This document shows, piece after piece, positions 1-10,470 of a stretch of 64,000 bases of DNA. Each line of letters starts with the position of its first letter. Position 1 is the first letter of the stretch. The notes beneath the pieces were generated by a model. The model made no database searches and was not told where the DNA came from. It saw only the letters and a list, made by a program, of their open reading frames with translations. The translations under genes and the position numbers were made by a program. This stretch comes from Candidatus Poribacteria bacterium (GTDB lineage Bacteria > Poribacteria > WGA-4E > WGA-3G), in NCBI GenBank assembly GCA_965242965.1, contig OZ251518.1, positions 4,128,001 through 4,192,000 of the forward strand, given 5' to 3'.

Positions 1-1710
1 AATCGCGGCACCACGGGATATGTGTTGCTCCAGACGCGGGAGCTCGCGCCATCGCCTGTCGCCTTGGACCGCCTCGTGTTTAACGAATTGCGCAACGCAA
101 CAGACGATAAACAGGATTGGCTAGAGGTGAAAAATATCAGCGGCGCGGACATGTCGCTCGCCGACTGGGAGATAAGCATTGTGGCATCGGCGGGACAGGA
201 TGTGGACATCGTTGCGTTTCCCGACTACACACTGCCGGCGGGGGAGGTCTTGCTCATCGTCAACACGGACCCGGGCGAGACGGACCTGGCGAGTGGCGTG
301 AACATTGCGACAGGGGTTGGCAAGAAAGGCGCGAAGCACCGGTATCTCGTCTCGGGCAATCTGAAGTTCCCGCAGACATCCTATCTGTTGCTGTTGCGGA
401 GTGCCACAGATAAAAACGGCACTTCGGCAGCAGTGGAGGATGTGGCGGGGAATTACTTCCGCGCAACGGGAGATTTCTTGTATGGTGCGGGGACGCAAGT
501 GTGGCCGTTGCAGGATACCGAGCGTCCGTCTTCCGCCGATGCCGCGCCGTTGACAGCGGGTGAAGCTTGGGCGCGGGTTTCAACGGATAAGCGTGGTTAC
601 CTTGCTGCGGCTTGGAGTCAGCGTGGGTATCAAGCCGGGCTTGGGTATAAACGCGGCGCAGATGCCGCGACGAGTCTCGGCACCCCAGGATATGCAAATA
701 CGGCTGTCACTGGGGAGGCACCGAGCGGGCGCGTCAGTATCAGCGAGTTGATGTTTGCGAAAAAAGCCGGGCGGCGGACGGTGCCGCAGTGGATAGAGCT
801 CTACAATAATTCCATGACGGAGGCAGTGAAGTTAGAAGGCTGGCAGTTGGAGGTAGAATACCTGAGCGAGGAAGCCGCGCGTCGGCATCGGTTCGATGCC
901 GTTTCGCTCACGCCGCTCACGGTGTTGCCAAATCAGACGGTGTTGCTGGTGACATGGCGAGGTGAGACTTCGGGGCATTTTCCTGAGGAGCGCGTCTATA
1001 ACCTTTACTTTGAGCATCCGGCGGCGTTCAACCAACGCGAACGGCGGCACGATGTATTGAATCCGTTGGGGTTCTCGATTCGGCTGTTGGATGCATCAGG
1101 GACGCTTGTGGACAACGTCGGCAATTTAGATGGCGTGGCTCGGACGCAGGATGCGCCCGCGTGGGAAGTGCCGTCAAGTGTGACACCTGATGGGACGCGG
1201 GTGTCGCTCATCCGCAGGTATGAAGACAGCGCGCCGCTGCCGGGCACCGAGGCAGACAGTTGGGTAAGCGCATCGAACGTGAAACTCGCAGTGTCCACCT
1301 ATTATGGATGGGAGTCAGACATCGGGACACCTGGGTATCGGGACGGCGGTCCGTTGCCGGTGGTGTTGTCGCAATTCCAGTCGGTTCGGACAGATGCGGG
1401 GGTTGTGATTCGTTGGACAACCGAGTCGTCGGTGGACAATGCGGGGTTCAACCTGCTGCGCGGAACGAGTTTGCAAGGGCCGTTTACAAAGATTAATCCT
1501 GCCTTAATCGCGGGTGCAGGGACGACAGGTGAGGAGCGGGTTTATACGTTTACAGATGCGACTGCGGAGCCGGGTGTTGTCTACTATTATCGTCTGGAGG
1601 AGGTGTCGCTGGGTGGTGCGCGTCAGCAGTTAGCGACGGTGCGGTTGCGTGGCCAGGTGTCGGCGCGTGGGAAATTGACGAAGCGGTGGAGTGAGTTGAA
1701 ATCGCAGTAG
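1..1710 (+). CDS. Secreted lamin-tail-domain (LTD) repeat protein with C-terminal FN3-like domain; 5' end truncated by window
   Basis: Frame is open from base 1. Two LTD-like repeats (LVFNE..DWLEVKN..L.PGE..LIV; ISELM..QWIELYN..GTPG), then PLPVVLSQF..VIRWTTESSVDNAGFNLLR, ending in GKLTKRWSELK. Confidence 0.8.
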   Translation, partial: NRGTTGYVLLQTRELAPSPVALDRLVFNELRNATDDKQDWLEVKNISGADMSLADWEISIVASAGQDVDIVAFPDYTLPAGEVLLIVNTDPGETDLASGVNIATGVGKKGAKHRYLVSGNLKFPQTSYLLLLRSATDKNGTSAAVEDVAGNYFRATGDFLYGAGTQVWPLQDTERPSSADAAPLTAGEAWARVSTDKRGYLAAAWSQRGYQAGLGYKRGADAATSLGTPGYANTAVTGEAPSGRVSISELMFAKKAGRRTVPQWIELYNNSMTEAVKLEGWQLEVEYLSEEAARRHRFDAVSLTPLTVLPNQTVLLVTWRGETSGHFPEERVYNLYFEHPAAFNQRERRHDVLNPLGFSIRLLDASGTLVDNVGNLDGVARTQDAPAWEVPSSVTPDGTRVSLIRRYEDSAPLPGTEADSWVSASNVKLAVSTYYGWESDIGTPGYRDGGPLPVVLSQFQSVRTDAGVVIRWTTESSVDNAGFNLLRGTSLQGPFTKINPALIAGAGTTGEERVYTFTDATAEPGVVYYYRLEEVSLGGARQQLATVRLRGQVSARGKLTKRWSELKSQ

Positions 1711-1729
1711 GTTAAAAAACGGCCCCCTT

Positions 1730-2140
1730 CACCGTAGGGCGAGGGCCTGTCCCTCGCCATGCCATCGGGCGCGCGTTATCTTGACCCGTTCGGGAGCAGG
1801 CGCTCCCGAACTACAGAGCTTGAGCGCGCGTCCCATCTGTAGTTCAGGAGCACCTGCTCCTGAACTGTTTGGGATCAGATGTCTTCCCCGTAGGAGAGAC
1901 CTCCCGGTCTCGATGCAATACTTATCGGGACAAGGATGTCCCTCCTACCTGTCCCGCGCCAGCGTTGAGTATCGCCAGCGATCGCGGGGGACAGGCCCCC
2001 GCGCTACGGTGGAAATGACGTGTCTCCTTCTGTAGGTCAGGAGCGCCTGCTCCTGACTCGTTCGGGAGCGGGTGCTCCCGAACTACAGAGATGGGCCCGA
2101 GGCACTCCCGTAGGAGAGACCTCCCGGTCTCGATGCATCC
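1730..2140. repeat. Intergenic REP-like mosaic (GTAG hairpin families)
   Basis: Contains GTAGGGCGAGGGCCTGTCCCTCGCC, GTAGGAGAGACCTCCCGGTCTCGAT, GTAGTTCAGGAGCACCTGCTCCTGAAC and CGCGGGGGACAGGCCCCCGCGCTAC. Confidence 0.9.
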
Positions 2141-2162
2141 CGCCGAATAGATGCTTTTCTGG

Positions 2163-2191
2163 TTGACTTCCTTTATCAAAAATGGTAAAAT
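2163..2191 (+). promoter_or_regulatory. Sigma70-type promoter
   Basis: TTGACT-17 bp-TAAAAT with extended -10 TG; AGGAGG RBS precedes the ATG at 2213. Confidence 0.6.
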
Positions 2192-2212
2192 AAAAAAAGG
2201 AGGTTAATCACC

Positions 2213-2707
2213 ATGTTTCACCGTTCAATTATAAAACCAATCCTCGTTGGCATTACAATTCTTGCGCTGCTTTCGTGCGGCAGTGGGGAAATCCAAAATT
2301 TTGAAGGCATTCGTATCCAATCAGACCCGAGGGTGGACCGGATCGATCTTCGCATTTATCTCGTTGATAGAAACGGCACACCGCTCATCTGGAACCAGAG
2401 CATCCTCAGTCCAAGCGTAGGTGTCAGCACGATATCGGAGGCGGATTTTACGACGAACGCCAAGGTCTACTCCATTCGCAATGGGCAAAAACATCGGAAA
2501 GTTTACGATGGCCGCCTCATCGATCTTCGCTGGTCCCGAGAATTGAACAGGCTGGACAGACTCATGACAGCCGAGATTCCGCGCGCGTTGATTGCGGAAG
2601 ACCCCGAGCGGGACACCCCCTTAGGTATCGTCACCATTGAAGTTGAGACAGAAAAACAAGGTCCTTTTGCGGATACGCTGGAGCGGACCGAGATTTACAA
2701 GTATTGA
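2213..2707 (+). CDS. Hypothetical lipoprotein
   Basis: Strong RBS; signal peptide with lipobox LLSC. Confidence 0.75.
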   Translation: MFHRSIIKPILVGITILALLSCGSGEIQNFEGIRIQSDPRVDRIDLRIYLVDRNGTPLIWNQSILSPSVGVSTISEADFTTNAKVYSIRNGQKHRKVYDGRLIDLRWSRELNRLDRLMTAEIPRALIAEDPERDTPLGIVTIEVETEKQGPFADTLERTEIYKY

Positions 2708-2710
2708 CTT

Positions 2711-3580
2711 ATGCCCATCCATACACAAGACTACCGACATTGGGAAGGCACGCTGAAACCGCACAGCCCCATGCGCTGGTGGGTAATCACGAAGGCGGAA
2801 CTGAAGCTGCTCGCTCAGCGGAAACTCGTCCGGCTCATCGTCGCAATTCCCCCGGCGGTTTACATGCTAGCCCACGCCATGCTCATCTATCTCAGCGATT
2901 ATCTGCCGGAAGACGCGATGCCGTTTTTGATAGACAAGGCGTTTTTTCACCGCTTCTTCTTCAGTTTCCGCTTTGTGTTCCTATCCGGGTTCCTCATCGC
3001 CCTGGTGACGATTTTCAGCGGTTCAGGCCTCATCGCCACCGATTTGAAGAACAACGCGCTGTCTCTCTATCTATCCAAACCGATTTCGTGGGTAGATTAC
3101 CTCATCGGGAAATTTGCCGTCGTCGGCATCCTGCTCGGCTGCACGCTCCTGATTCCCGGATTGCTCCTCTTTCTGGAGCATGTGCTGTTAACCGACACCA
3201 ATTTCTTCCAAAAACACTATTGGATGCCGTTCTCCATGATTGCGTATTCAGCGATTATCATCACCTCGACGAGCCTGCTGATGTTGCTATTTTCATCGCT
3301 GACCTCAAACCCGCGTTACGCCACGATAGGTTTCTGTGCCGTTTGGTTTGGCTCAAATGCTGTTTTCGGCGTGCTCCAAGGAACTAAAATTGCACGGAGC
3401 AGCAAAGTAGCACTCGTTTCGATCTGGGCGAACTACGACAGACTCGGTGCCGCGCTGTTCGGGTTGCCCAATAACTACGATGTGCATTGGTTTTGGGCGT
3501 TGCTGATATTGGTGGTGTTGGCGGCGTTGTGTATCCTGGTCCTTCGGCATCGGATTCGTGCCGTTGAAATTGTGAAGTGA
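2711..3580 (+). CDS. ABC-2 type transporter permease
   Basis: About 6 hydrophobic segments; motif LIATDLKNNALSLYLSKPISWVDYLIGK typical of ABC-2 permeases. Confidence 0.85.
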   Translation: MPIHTQDYRHWEGTLKPHSPMRWWVITKAELKLLAQRKLVRLIVAIPPAVYMLAHAMLIYLSDYLPEDAMPFLIDKAFFHRFFFSFRFVFLSGFLIALVTIFSGSGLIATDLKNNALSLYLSKPISWVDYLIGKFAVVGILLGCTLLIPGLLLFLEHVLLTDTNFFQKHYWMPFSMIAYSAIIITSTSLLMLLFSSLTSNPRYATIGFCAVWFGSNAVFGVLQGTKIARSSKVALVSIWANYDRLGAALFGLPNNYDVHWFWALLILVVLAALCILVLRHRIRAVEIVK

Positions 3581-3615
3581 AGATGTCTCTTGCCGAAATT
3601 AAAAGGAGGAGAAAA

Positions 3616-3915
3616 ATGAGATTTGACAAGTTGTCTTTCTCAGCAAGCTCCGTATCCCTATTACGTGTGATTTCAGCGTTAACTGTAGGGATACTGCTAC
3701 TTTCCATGTCTTTTTTTCCTGCCAGTGGGATAGGGGAAAGTAAGGGAAAAGCAGCGGCTGATATTGCGAAAGGTGTTGCCATCATAGCCGGGGGAATAGC
3801 GATCCTTGTCTCTTCTCCCGTTGTTGTTACGGTTTCAACTGTTGTGGCGTTGGTTGGCACTGCCTACGCGGCGGGATATTATGTTACGGATAAACTTTTG
3901 AGTTTTCCCCAGTAG
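3616..3915 (+). CDS. Small secreted/membrane hydrophobic protein (99 aa)
   Basis: AGGAGG RBS before ATG 3616; signal-like N-terminus and Ala/Gly/Val-rich hydrophobic C-half; the stop TAG is part of a GTAG repeat. Confidence 0.65.
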   Translation: MRFDKLSFSASSVSLLRVISALTVGILLLSMSFFPASGIGESKGKAAADIAKGVAIIAGGIAILVSSPVVVTVSTVVALVGTAYAAGYYVTDKLLSFPQ

Positions 3916-4180
3916 GAGAGACCTCCTAGTCTCGATGCGAGCGATGTTCCCGTAGGAGAGACCTCCTGGTCTTGATGTGGTGCGTATCGGGACAAGGATG
4001 TCCCTCCTACCGAAAGGCCTCGAGCCCACCTCTGTAGTTCGGGATCGCCTGATCCCGAACGGGTCAGGAGCAGGTGCTCCTGAACTACAGGGGGATGCGG
4101 TCTGCCAGCCAAACGCATGGCGAGGGACAGGCCCTCGCCCTACGGTGAGGGGGGCGTTTTTTCACCGTAGCGCGGGCACG
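3912..4180. repeat. Intergenic REP-like mosaic
   Basis: Two GTAGGAGAGACC units, GTAGTTCGGGATCGCCTGATCCCGAAC and GGCGAGGGACAGGCCCTCGCCCTAC. Confidence 0.9.
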
Positions 4181-4208
4181 TCCATTTTAACGGAGAAAGG
4201 AGAACCTG

Positions 4209-5447
4209 ATGCAAACGAAACGATTCGTCTATATCTTTATCGGGGTAGTCATCTTAACACTAGGGATTGCGTTTTGGCGCGTTACCCAAAACTCACCTTC
4301 ACCTGTTCAGAAGGTATTTCGGACGACGCACCCGAGCGATTTAACTAACGAGCCCCCGACACAAGCACCACACAGTTCAGAAGAGCCGGCACTTACAGAA
4401 GACGCGACCTCTCGGCACGCGGAGAGTATCGCGTTTACGAAATCCCTTCTTTCTGAGGAACAACTCGCAAATCCAGAGGTACGGCAGTTCTTCGAGCTGC
4501 TTGCGTCGGAGGAGTTTCAAGCATTTACAGCAACTCACCGGACCTTGGAGGAGCGATTAGAGTTTCTAGCAGACCGGGGTGCAGATGTGCCACGCAATCT
4601 GAACATGCTATTATTTCGCGAATCTTTCCCTACTGGGGAACCGGCGGATTTTGAACCGATGATGCGGCAGAAGTTGTTGCACATGCTTCAAGAGGCAGGC
4701 ATCGGCGGTCCCGAAGAAGTGCCAGCCGAGATTCTCGCGCTTCGCGCCAACCGCGACTTGATGCCAGAACTCACTCAGGTAGCCGCGCTATTAGAGGAAT
4801 ACGGACAAGAAGAGGGGCTCCGGCAGCTCTATGCGTCGGATCCGGCTTTGGCAAGAGGGGTTGAGTGGGGATTACAGCAAGAACGGGCACATAAAAAGAA
4901 GCGGGCTGTCATTCGGGCATTTTGGGATGAGGAGCGACATTTTCATTGGAAAATGGGCTACTTCAAGGGACAGTTTGCCGGGGAAGAGGGCTCCAGCGCG
5001 TGGGTTGATGAAGTGCTAGCGAGTTTAAGTCCCGCCGCGCCTGCTGTCCCGATGTTTGTTGAACCCACGGAAGTCGCGTCTCCACCGAAAAATGAGGGAC
5101 AAGTTGAAACCGTCGTTCCTGATATTTCAACTACGCCGCGGGAAAAACAGCATCTGCCACACAGCGACAGTCCAATTGTGCGGGAAGGGGAGACCCGGCC
5201 AACAAGCCCGGCGGCACCGGAGCAGGGCAAACGCTTGACCCCCGTCACGCCTACGACTTCTCTGCCAGCCGATGCCGATTTTGAAACGGTTCTTAGCGAA
5301 CGCTTTTCACCGGCGCGGTTGAATCGAGCCATGGCGGCGTTGAATCGCTATGGCCCTGAAGAAGGGGTTCGCCGTCTCAAAGCGTCAGATCCGGAGTTGG
5401 CGGTGCAGGTGGAACGCCTACTCCAGAAACAAGGGGAAGAAGATTAA
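4209..5447 (+). CDS. Membrane-anchored hypothetical protein with internal YGxEEGxRxLxASDPxLA repeat
   Basis: AAGGAG RBS; N-terminal TM helix; Pro/Thr-rich linkers; 412-aa ORF. Confidence 0.8.
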   Translation: MQTKRFVYIFIGVVILTLGIAFWRVTQNSPSPVQKVFRTTHPSDLTNEPPTQAPHSSEEPALTEDATSRHAESIAFTKSLLSEEQLANPEVRQFFELLASEEFQAFTATHRTLEERLEFLADRGADVPRNLNMLLFRESFPTGEPADFEPMMRQKLLHMLQEAGIGGPEEVPAEILALRANRDLMPELTQVAALLEEYGQEEGLRQLYASDPALARGVEWGLQQERAHKKKRAVIRAFWDEERHFHWKMGYFKGQFAGEEGSSAWVDEVLASLSPAAPAVPMFVEPTEVASPPKNEGQVETVVPDISTTPREKQHLPHSDSPIVREGETRPTSPAAPEQGKRLTPVTPTTSLPADADFETVLSERFSPARLNRAMAALNRYGPEEGVRRLKASDPELAVQVERLLQKQGEED

Positions 5448-5449
5448 AT

Positions 5450-6130
5450 GAGGGTGTTTCATAACTCGTTCAACATCGCGGGGGATACCCGCTCGCCATA
5501 ATCCGCGCAATCCAACGTTCGCGGGGGAAACCCGCTCGGATGCGCGTGTGGCATCCGAGGGCCCCCGCGCTATGGTGAAAAAACGCCTCTCTTTCACGAA
5601 CGCCGCCCTTTCACGTAGGGCGAGGGCCTGTCCCTCGCCATCGTCGGCGCACTCCAACGATCGCGGGGGACAGGCCCCCGCGCTACGATAAAAAACGGTT
5701 CTTGAGCACTCGCGGGGGACAGGCCCCCGCGCTACGGGGAAAATGGTACGTTACCGTAGGGCGAGGGCCTGTCCCTCGCCATGCTGCGATCGCGGGGGAC
5801 AGGCCCCCGCGCTACGATAAAAAAACGCCCCCCCCTCACCGTAGGGCGAGGGCCTGTCCCTCGCCATCGTCCGCGCGCCCAGGCCCTGTAGGGCAGGAGC
5901 ACCTGAGCCTGACCCGTTCGGGTGCAGGCGCACCCGAGCTACAGAGGTGGGCCCGATGCCTGCCGGTAGGAGAGACCTCCCGGTCTCGATGCTCTCTTCG
6001 GTAGGAGATACCTCCTGGTCTCGATGAGATAAGGCGTGCGTTATCTTGACCTGTTCGGGTGCAGGCGCACCCGAGCTACAGAGGTGGGCCCGATGCCTGC
6101 CGGTAGGAGAGACCTCCCGGTCTCGACATT
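5450..6130. repeat. REP mosaic beginning with GAGGGTGTTTCATA terminal repeat
   Basis: Left TIR at 5450 followed by more than 10 GTAG-family hairpins. Confidence 0.9.
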
Positions 6131-6227
6131 ACCGCGACGAACGCAACACTGCAAATCGGTGGGCTTTTCAAAACCCTCCGCGTGATTTAGGTTGTAGGTT
6201 TCCTATAATGCCTAATGGAGGCACCAA

Positions 6228-6983
6228 ATGTTATCCAGCAAATTCGTCATCAGCGCACTTCTCGTTTGTGGATTGATAGTCACCGCCTGCTTGCTTTGGA
6301 GTTGGCACGGGCATCGCGAACTCGCAGAACAAGAGGCAAAACACGCGCAGTTCCTTCAACAGATAACCTCCCAAAAGGCTGCGCCAACTGTCCAAGCCAC
6401 TGGACAAACTGACACTGAATCGGAGACATCCCCAAACGGGGAACGTCTTGACGATACCGCTAAGGAAGAACTTCCTGAAATGGAAACTTTCTTACCAGTT
6501 ACGGACACGGATAGTGTAGAGCGGGTGTCCTCGCAAGGCGAACCGATTGACAAAGAGGCACCTATTGAGACAGTGCGCGTTTCCCCGTTTGGATTCGGGC
6601 CCTATCCCGAGGTCCCAGAGGGATGTCCTGTTCCTCGCAACATCTGGCATGCCTCTGATGCACAGATGGAACTCCTCTTTCGCGTTGCCATCCAAAAATG
6701 GAATGAAGGCGAGCGTTTTAACGGGTGCAGCACCGGCGATGGAAAAATCTATCTGCATTACCCAAACACTGTCTATATTCAATATGGGGAGCCGGAAGTC
6801 AATGATTCTGGCATCCTCATCCGTCCGATTACTCACGTAATCAGTGCAAATATCGGGATGTCACCGCAGCAAATGCGATCCGGGGAAATTCCGGCGGGCA
6901 TCCATGTGCTAGAATACGGTAAGGACGGCATCGATGCTTATGAGTATCTGGACTTACCGTACCAACCTGAAAAGGAGTTTTAA
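6228..6983 (+). CDS. Membrane-anchored hypothetical protein (VSPFGFGPYPEVP motif)
   Basis: GGAGG RBS; N-terminal TM, acidic linker, globular C-domain. Confidence 0.8.
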   Translation: MLSSKFVISALLVCGLIVTACLLWSWHGHRELAEQEAKHAQFLQQITSQKAAPTVQATGQTDTESETSPNGERLDDTAKEELPEMETFLPVTDTDSVERVSSQGEPIDKEAPIETVRVSPFGFGPYPEVPEGCPVPRNIWHASDAQMELLFRVAIQKWNEGERFNGCSTGDGKIYLHYPNTVYIQYGEPEVNDSGILIRPITHVISANIGMSPQQMRSGEIPAGIHVLEYGKDGIDAYEYLDLPYQPEKEF

Positions 6984-6984
6984 T

Positions 6985-7631
6985 GAGGGTGTTTCATAAA
7001 TCGCCCAACGTCGCGGGGTTCCCTCGCCATGCGTTTGGCTGACAGACCGCGTCACCTCTGTAGGTCAGGATCGCCTGATCCTGACCCGTTCGGGTGCAGG
7101 TGCTCCCGAACTACAGAGGTGGGCCCGATGCCGGCCGGTAGGAGAGACCTCCCGGTCTCGATGTTCCCGTAGCGCGGGGGACAGGCCCCCGCGAACTCCA
7201 TCGTCAAGTTATGTTTTTAGGTCCTTTAGGACCTACATGTCTATAGAAAAACGTGTCGTACCGTTTTCAAGGTCCTTTAGGTCCTTAATGAAAAACCATG
7301 CGGACTCTCAAAGTCTATTAAGGACCTAAAGGACCTTAGGGTTCTTGGCGAGTGCGCGTGCTATAGACATTAAGGTCCTAAAGGACCTAAGAGACGTTTT
7401 TTCATCGTAGCGCGAACGCTGGCGAGGGGAACCCGCTCGGATGCGCGTCTGGCATCCGAGGGCCCACGCCCTACGGTGAGGGGGGGCGTTTTTTTTCGTA
7501 GCGCGGGGGCCTGTCCCCCGCGAGCGTTGGAGTGCGCGGACGATATCAAGACCAGGAGGTCTCTCCTACCCGAAGAAATCGAGACCAGGAGGTCTCTCCT
7601 ACGGGGAAGGCATTGATATATGAAACCCCTC
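6985..7631. mobile_element. MITE-like element with TIRs enclosing REP modules and an AGGTCC/CTATAG element
   Basis: GAGGGTGTTTCATA at 6985 and TATGAAACCCCTC ending 7631; no coding capacity. Confidence 0.6.
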
Positions 7632-7815
7632 GTTTATTTGTTGATTTCATGCAGTGAATCTGTTAGCATTAAACACATCTCCTGCAAATGGATTTCCTAG
7701 AAATAGGGTAAATTTACGGGAAGTCGGTAGACTGTGGATGTAGCGAAACATGTGGCAGAGGAAACACTGAATGCAACGGCGGCGGTTCTACCGGTTGCTG
7801 AAAAGGAGAAGTTTG

Positions 7816-9885
7816 ATGCAAAATAGAATGCCATGCATATCAGGACAAGTCGCCCCAAGTGACACTGATGTGACGACATGGGCGTTACCGGCAGGTGCAG
7901 TGGCGCGCTTGGGCCGAGGTAGAGTGCAGGACATAGCCTTCTCGCCACAAGGGCATCATCTCGCCATCGGCACCTCTGTCGGCATTTGGTGGTATTCGCT
8001 TGCATCAAGGGTTCCCTTCGCACTCTCAGAAACGGAAAGGGGGATGGTCGATGCCATCTCCTTTTCTCACGATGGACGCTGGTTTGCTTCGGGCAATATT
8101 GACGGTGTGCTCAAAATCTGGGATATGCAGCACCAAGTTTGTGCCGAACGAGTCAGGGGGCAAAGTCAGTGGCGTATCCAGATGCGTCCTACCTTTTCGC
8201 CGCAGATGCGTCCCACCTTTTCGCCGGATGGGCATCACCTCGCCGTTTTGGCGGAGGGCTACAATACGCTTGACATCGTGAACTCGGCAACAGGCGAACA
8301 CGTTGCCACGCTCGGTGAAAGCACCCCAACAAAAAAAATCCGTCGATCCGCGGGCAACCTGCTTGCATTTTCGCCAGACAATCAACTGTTAGCGAATGTG
8401 AATTCTACGGAGGATATGTCTCGCGACTTTGTGACAGTCTGGGATATTGAATCGGGCGAGTGCGTCTCCCGTGTCTCGGAAGGCAAAGACTTTATTTACG
8501 GGCTCTGCTTTTCGCCTTGTGGCAGATTCCTCGCCGTTGGCTATTGGGGTGGCATCCTAAACGTCTGGGATATTTTCAGCGGTAAATTAGAGTTAGCCCT
8601 GACAGACTACGGAAAATATCGGATGTATCCCGCGTATTCACCGGCAGGCGAACTGCTCGCAGCGGGACTTTATCAATACGAAAATCAGCACGTCGTGCAA
8701 GTCTGGCAGGTAGCGCAAAACGAACAACTAGATACAATGCAGTTATTGCGAGGGAACGTCAGGCTCGTTCAATTTTCCCAGGGGGGTAATCAGGTGGCAG
8801 TCGCCAGTTCCCGCGGGGTCAAAGTGTGGACGAAACCCGACGACACCGCTGCCACGCAGGTGTCATTTGATGAACATCGAGATACCGTTGAATCCGTCGC
8901 ATTTTCACGAGATGGACATACGTTGGCAGCGGGATATCGGTGGGATGATTTGTCCTTATGGGATGTCGCGACGCGGCACTCGCGCCGCGTGCTTGAGGGG
9001 CAGCCACCCTGTCGCACCCATTTTGTTCACGTATCGCCAGACGCGAAACTCTTCTCTGTCAGCATCGATGACAGTATCCTCAGGGTGTGGGATATTCAAA
9101 AGGCTGAACTGTGCGCCGAGATGTCTGGACCCGAGAGGCCGGGGACGTGGACGGTGGCGTTATCGCCGCAAGCCGATTTGCTGGTAAGCGGCTATAGAAA
9201 TGGAACGCTGATAGTTTGGGACGTGCAGCACGGACAAAAGCGACACATCCTGCAGGCTCACACGGACAGCATCAAGTCTGCAGCGTTTTCGGCTGATGGC
9301 AAACGGCTTGCAAGTGCATCAGAGGACAGAACAGTCCGCCTCTGGGATGTCGAGAGTGGAAAAGCGGTTGGCACATTACCTGTCCAACCGCTGTTAGTTG
9401 CAGCCAAGTTTAACGCGGAGGTTCCAGCAATTCTGCGGGATGTGAAATCGTTGTCACAGGCAAACAAGCAGCTGCGTCCTCGTTTCACTGAAGTCATCAC
9501 ATTTTCACCTTGTGGTCGCTGGATTGCCGGCAGTGGTGTATTTGGGGATGGGGAGATTCGGTTGTGGGATGCCACGATGCATGAAATCCGCATGGTGCTC
9601 CTACTGCCCGATGGATGTGAGCGAACGTTTGTATTGGCTTTTTCGCCGTGTGGAAGATACCTCGCTTCCGGTGCTTGGTGGCGCGGCACAGAAAAGGTGT
9701 CTATCCGGTTATGGGACGTGGCGATAGGTGAGCATCTCGCGGCTTTCTGGGGGCACCCCACTGATGTCCAAACGCTCGCCTTCTCCCCAGATGGAGAGTT
9801 ATTAGCAAGTGGCAGTTATGACGGCACTATCCTTTTGTGGGATTTAAGTTCAGTAGGCGCGCCCGGTCTCCATAAATCCCGGTAG
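7816..9885 (+). CDS. WD40-repeat protein
   Basis: Many repeats such as AFSPDGxLLASGSxDGTILLWD; N-terminal TTWALPAGAVARLGRG; AAGGAG RBS before ATG 7816. Confidence 0.92.
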   Translation: MQNRMPCISGQVAPSDTDVTTWALPAGAVARLGRGRVQDIAFSPQGHHLAIGTSVGIWWYSLASRVPFALSETERGMVDAISFSHDGRWFASGNIDGVLKIWDMQHQVCAERVRGQSQWRIQMRPTFSPQMRPTFSPDGHHLAVLAEGYNTLDIVNSATGEHVATLGESTPTKKIRRSAGNLLAFSPDNQLLANVNSTEDMSRDFVTVWDIESGECVSRVSEGKDFIYGLCFSPCGRFLAVGYWGGILNVWDIFSGKLELALTDYGKYRMYPAYSPAGELLAAGLYQYENQHVVQVWQVAQNEQLDTMQLLRGNVRLVQFSQGGNQVAVASSRGVKVWTKPDDTAATQVSFDEHRDTVESVAFSRDGHTLAAGYRWDDLSLWDVATRHSRRVLEGQPPCRTHFVHVSPDAKLFSVSIDDSILRVWDIQKAELCAEMSGPERPGTWTVALSPQADLLVSGYRNGTLIVWDVQHGQKRHILQAHTDSIKSAAFSADGKRLASASEDRTVRLWDVESGKAVGTLPVQPLLVAAKFNAEVPAILRDVKSLSQANKQLRPRFTEVITFSPCGRWIAGSGVFGDGEIRLWDATMHEIRMVLLLPDGCERTFVLAFSPCGRYLASGAWWRGTEKVSIRLWDVAIGEHLAAFWGHPTDVQTLAFSPDGELLASGSYDGTILLWDLSSVGAPGLHKSR
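8179..8226 (+). repeat. 24-bp in-frame tandem duplication (QMRPTFSP x2)
   Basis: cagatgcgtcctaccttttcgccg / cagatgcgtcccaccttttcgccg. Confidence 0.85.
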
Positions 9886-10400
9886 GAGAGACCTCCTGGT
9901 CTCGATGCAATAGACGCTTGACCTGTTCGGGTGCAGGCGCACCCGAACTACAGAACTCGGGGGCGCGCCGGGTAGGAGAGACCTCCTGGTCTCGATGTGC
10001 CCGTAGCGCGGGGACCTGTCCCCCGCGGTGGTCATCAACAAGCGTTGGCGTTTTAGGTCCTTTAGGTCCTACATGTCTATAGATACACGTGCAGGTCCCA
10101 TGTCAAGGTCCGTTAGGTCCTTAATAAAAAAACACGCTGCCCTGGCAAAATCTATTAAGGACCTAAAGGACCTTAGGGTTCTTCGCAGGCGTGCGTGCTA
10201 TAGACATTAAGGTCCTACGGACCTAAGGGAACAAGAGACGTTTTTTGCGTAGTGCGAGCGATGGCGAGGGACAGGCCCTCGCCCTACGGTGAAGGAGAGG
10301 CTTTCTGCCGCCGCGCCCCCGGTAGGCGCGCAGCCCTATTGCATCGAGACCAGGAGGTCTATCCTACCGGGAACATCGCTGACATCAAAACCGGGACAGC
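9882..10400. repeat. REP mosaic with AGGTCC/CTATAG element (about 10051-10227)
   Basis: GTAG hairpins plus five AGGTCC-type hairpin/repeat units bounded by CTATAG motifs. Confidence 0.9.
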
Positions 10401-10470
10401 GCGTCAACAGGACGAAAACTGCGGGCAAACCGAGGTGTTGCTTCGCCCGCCGACTTTAGGAGGGAAACAC

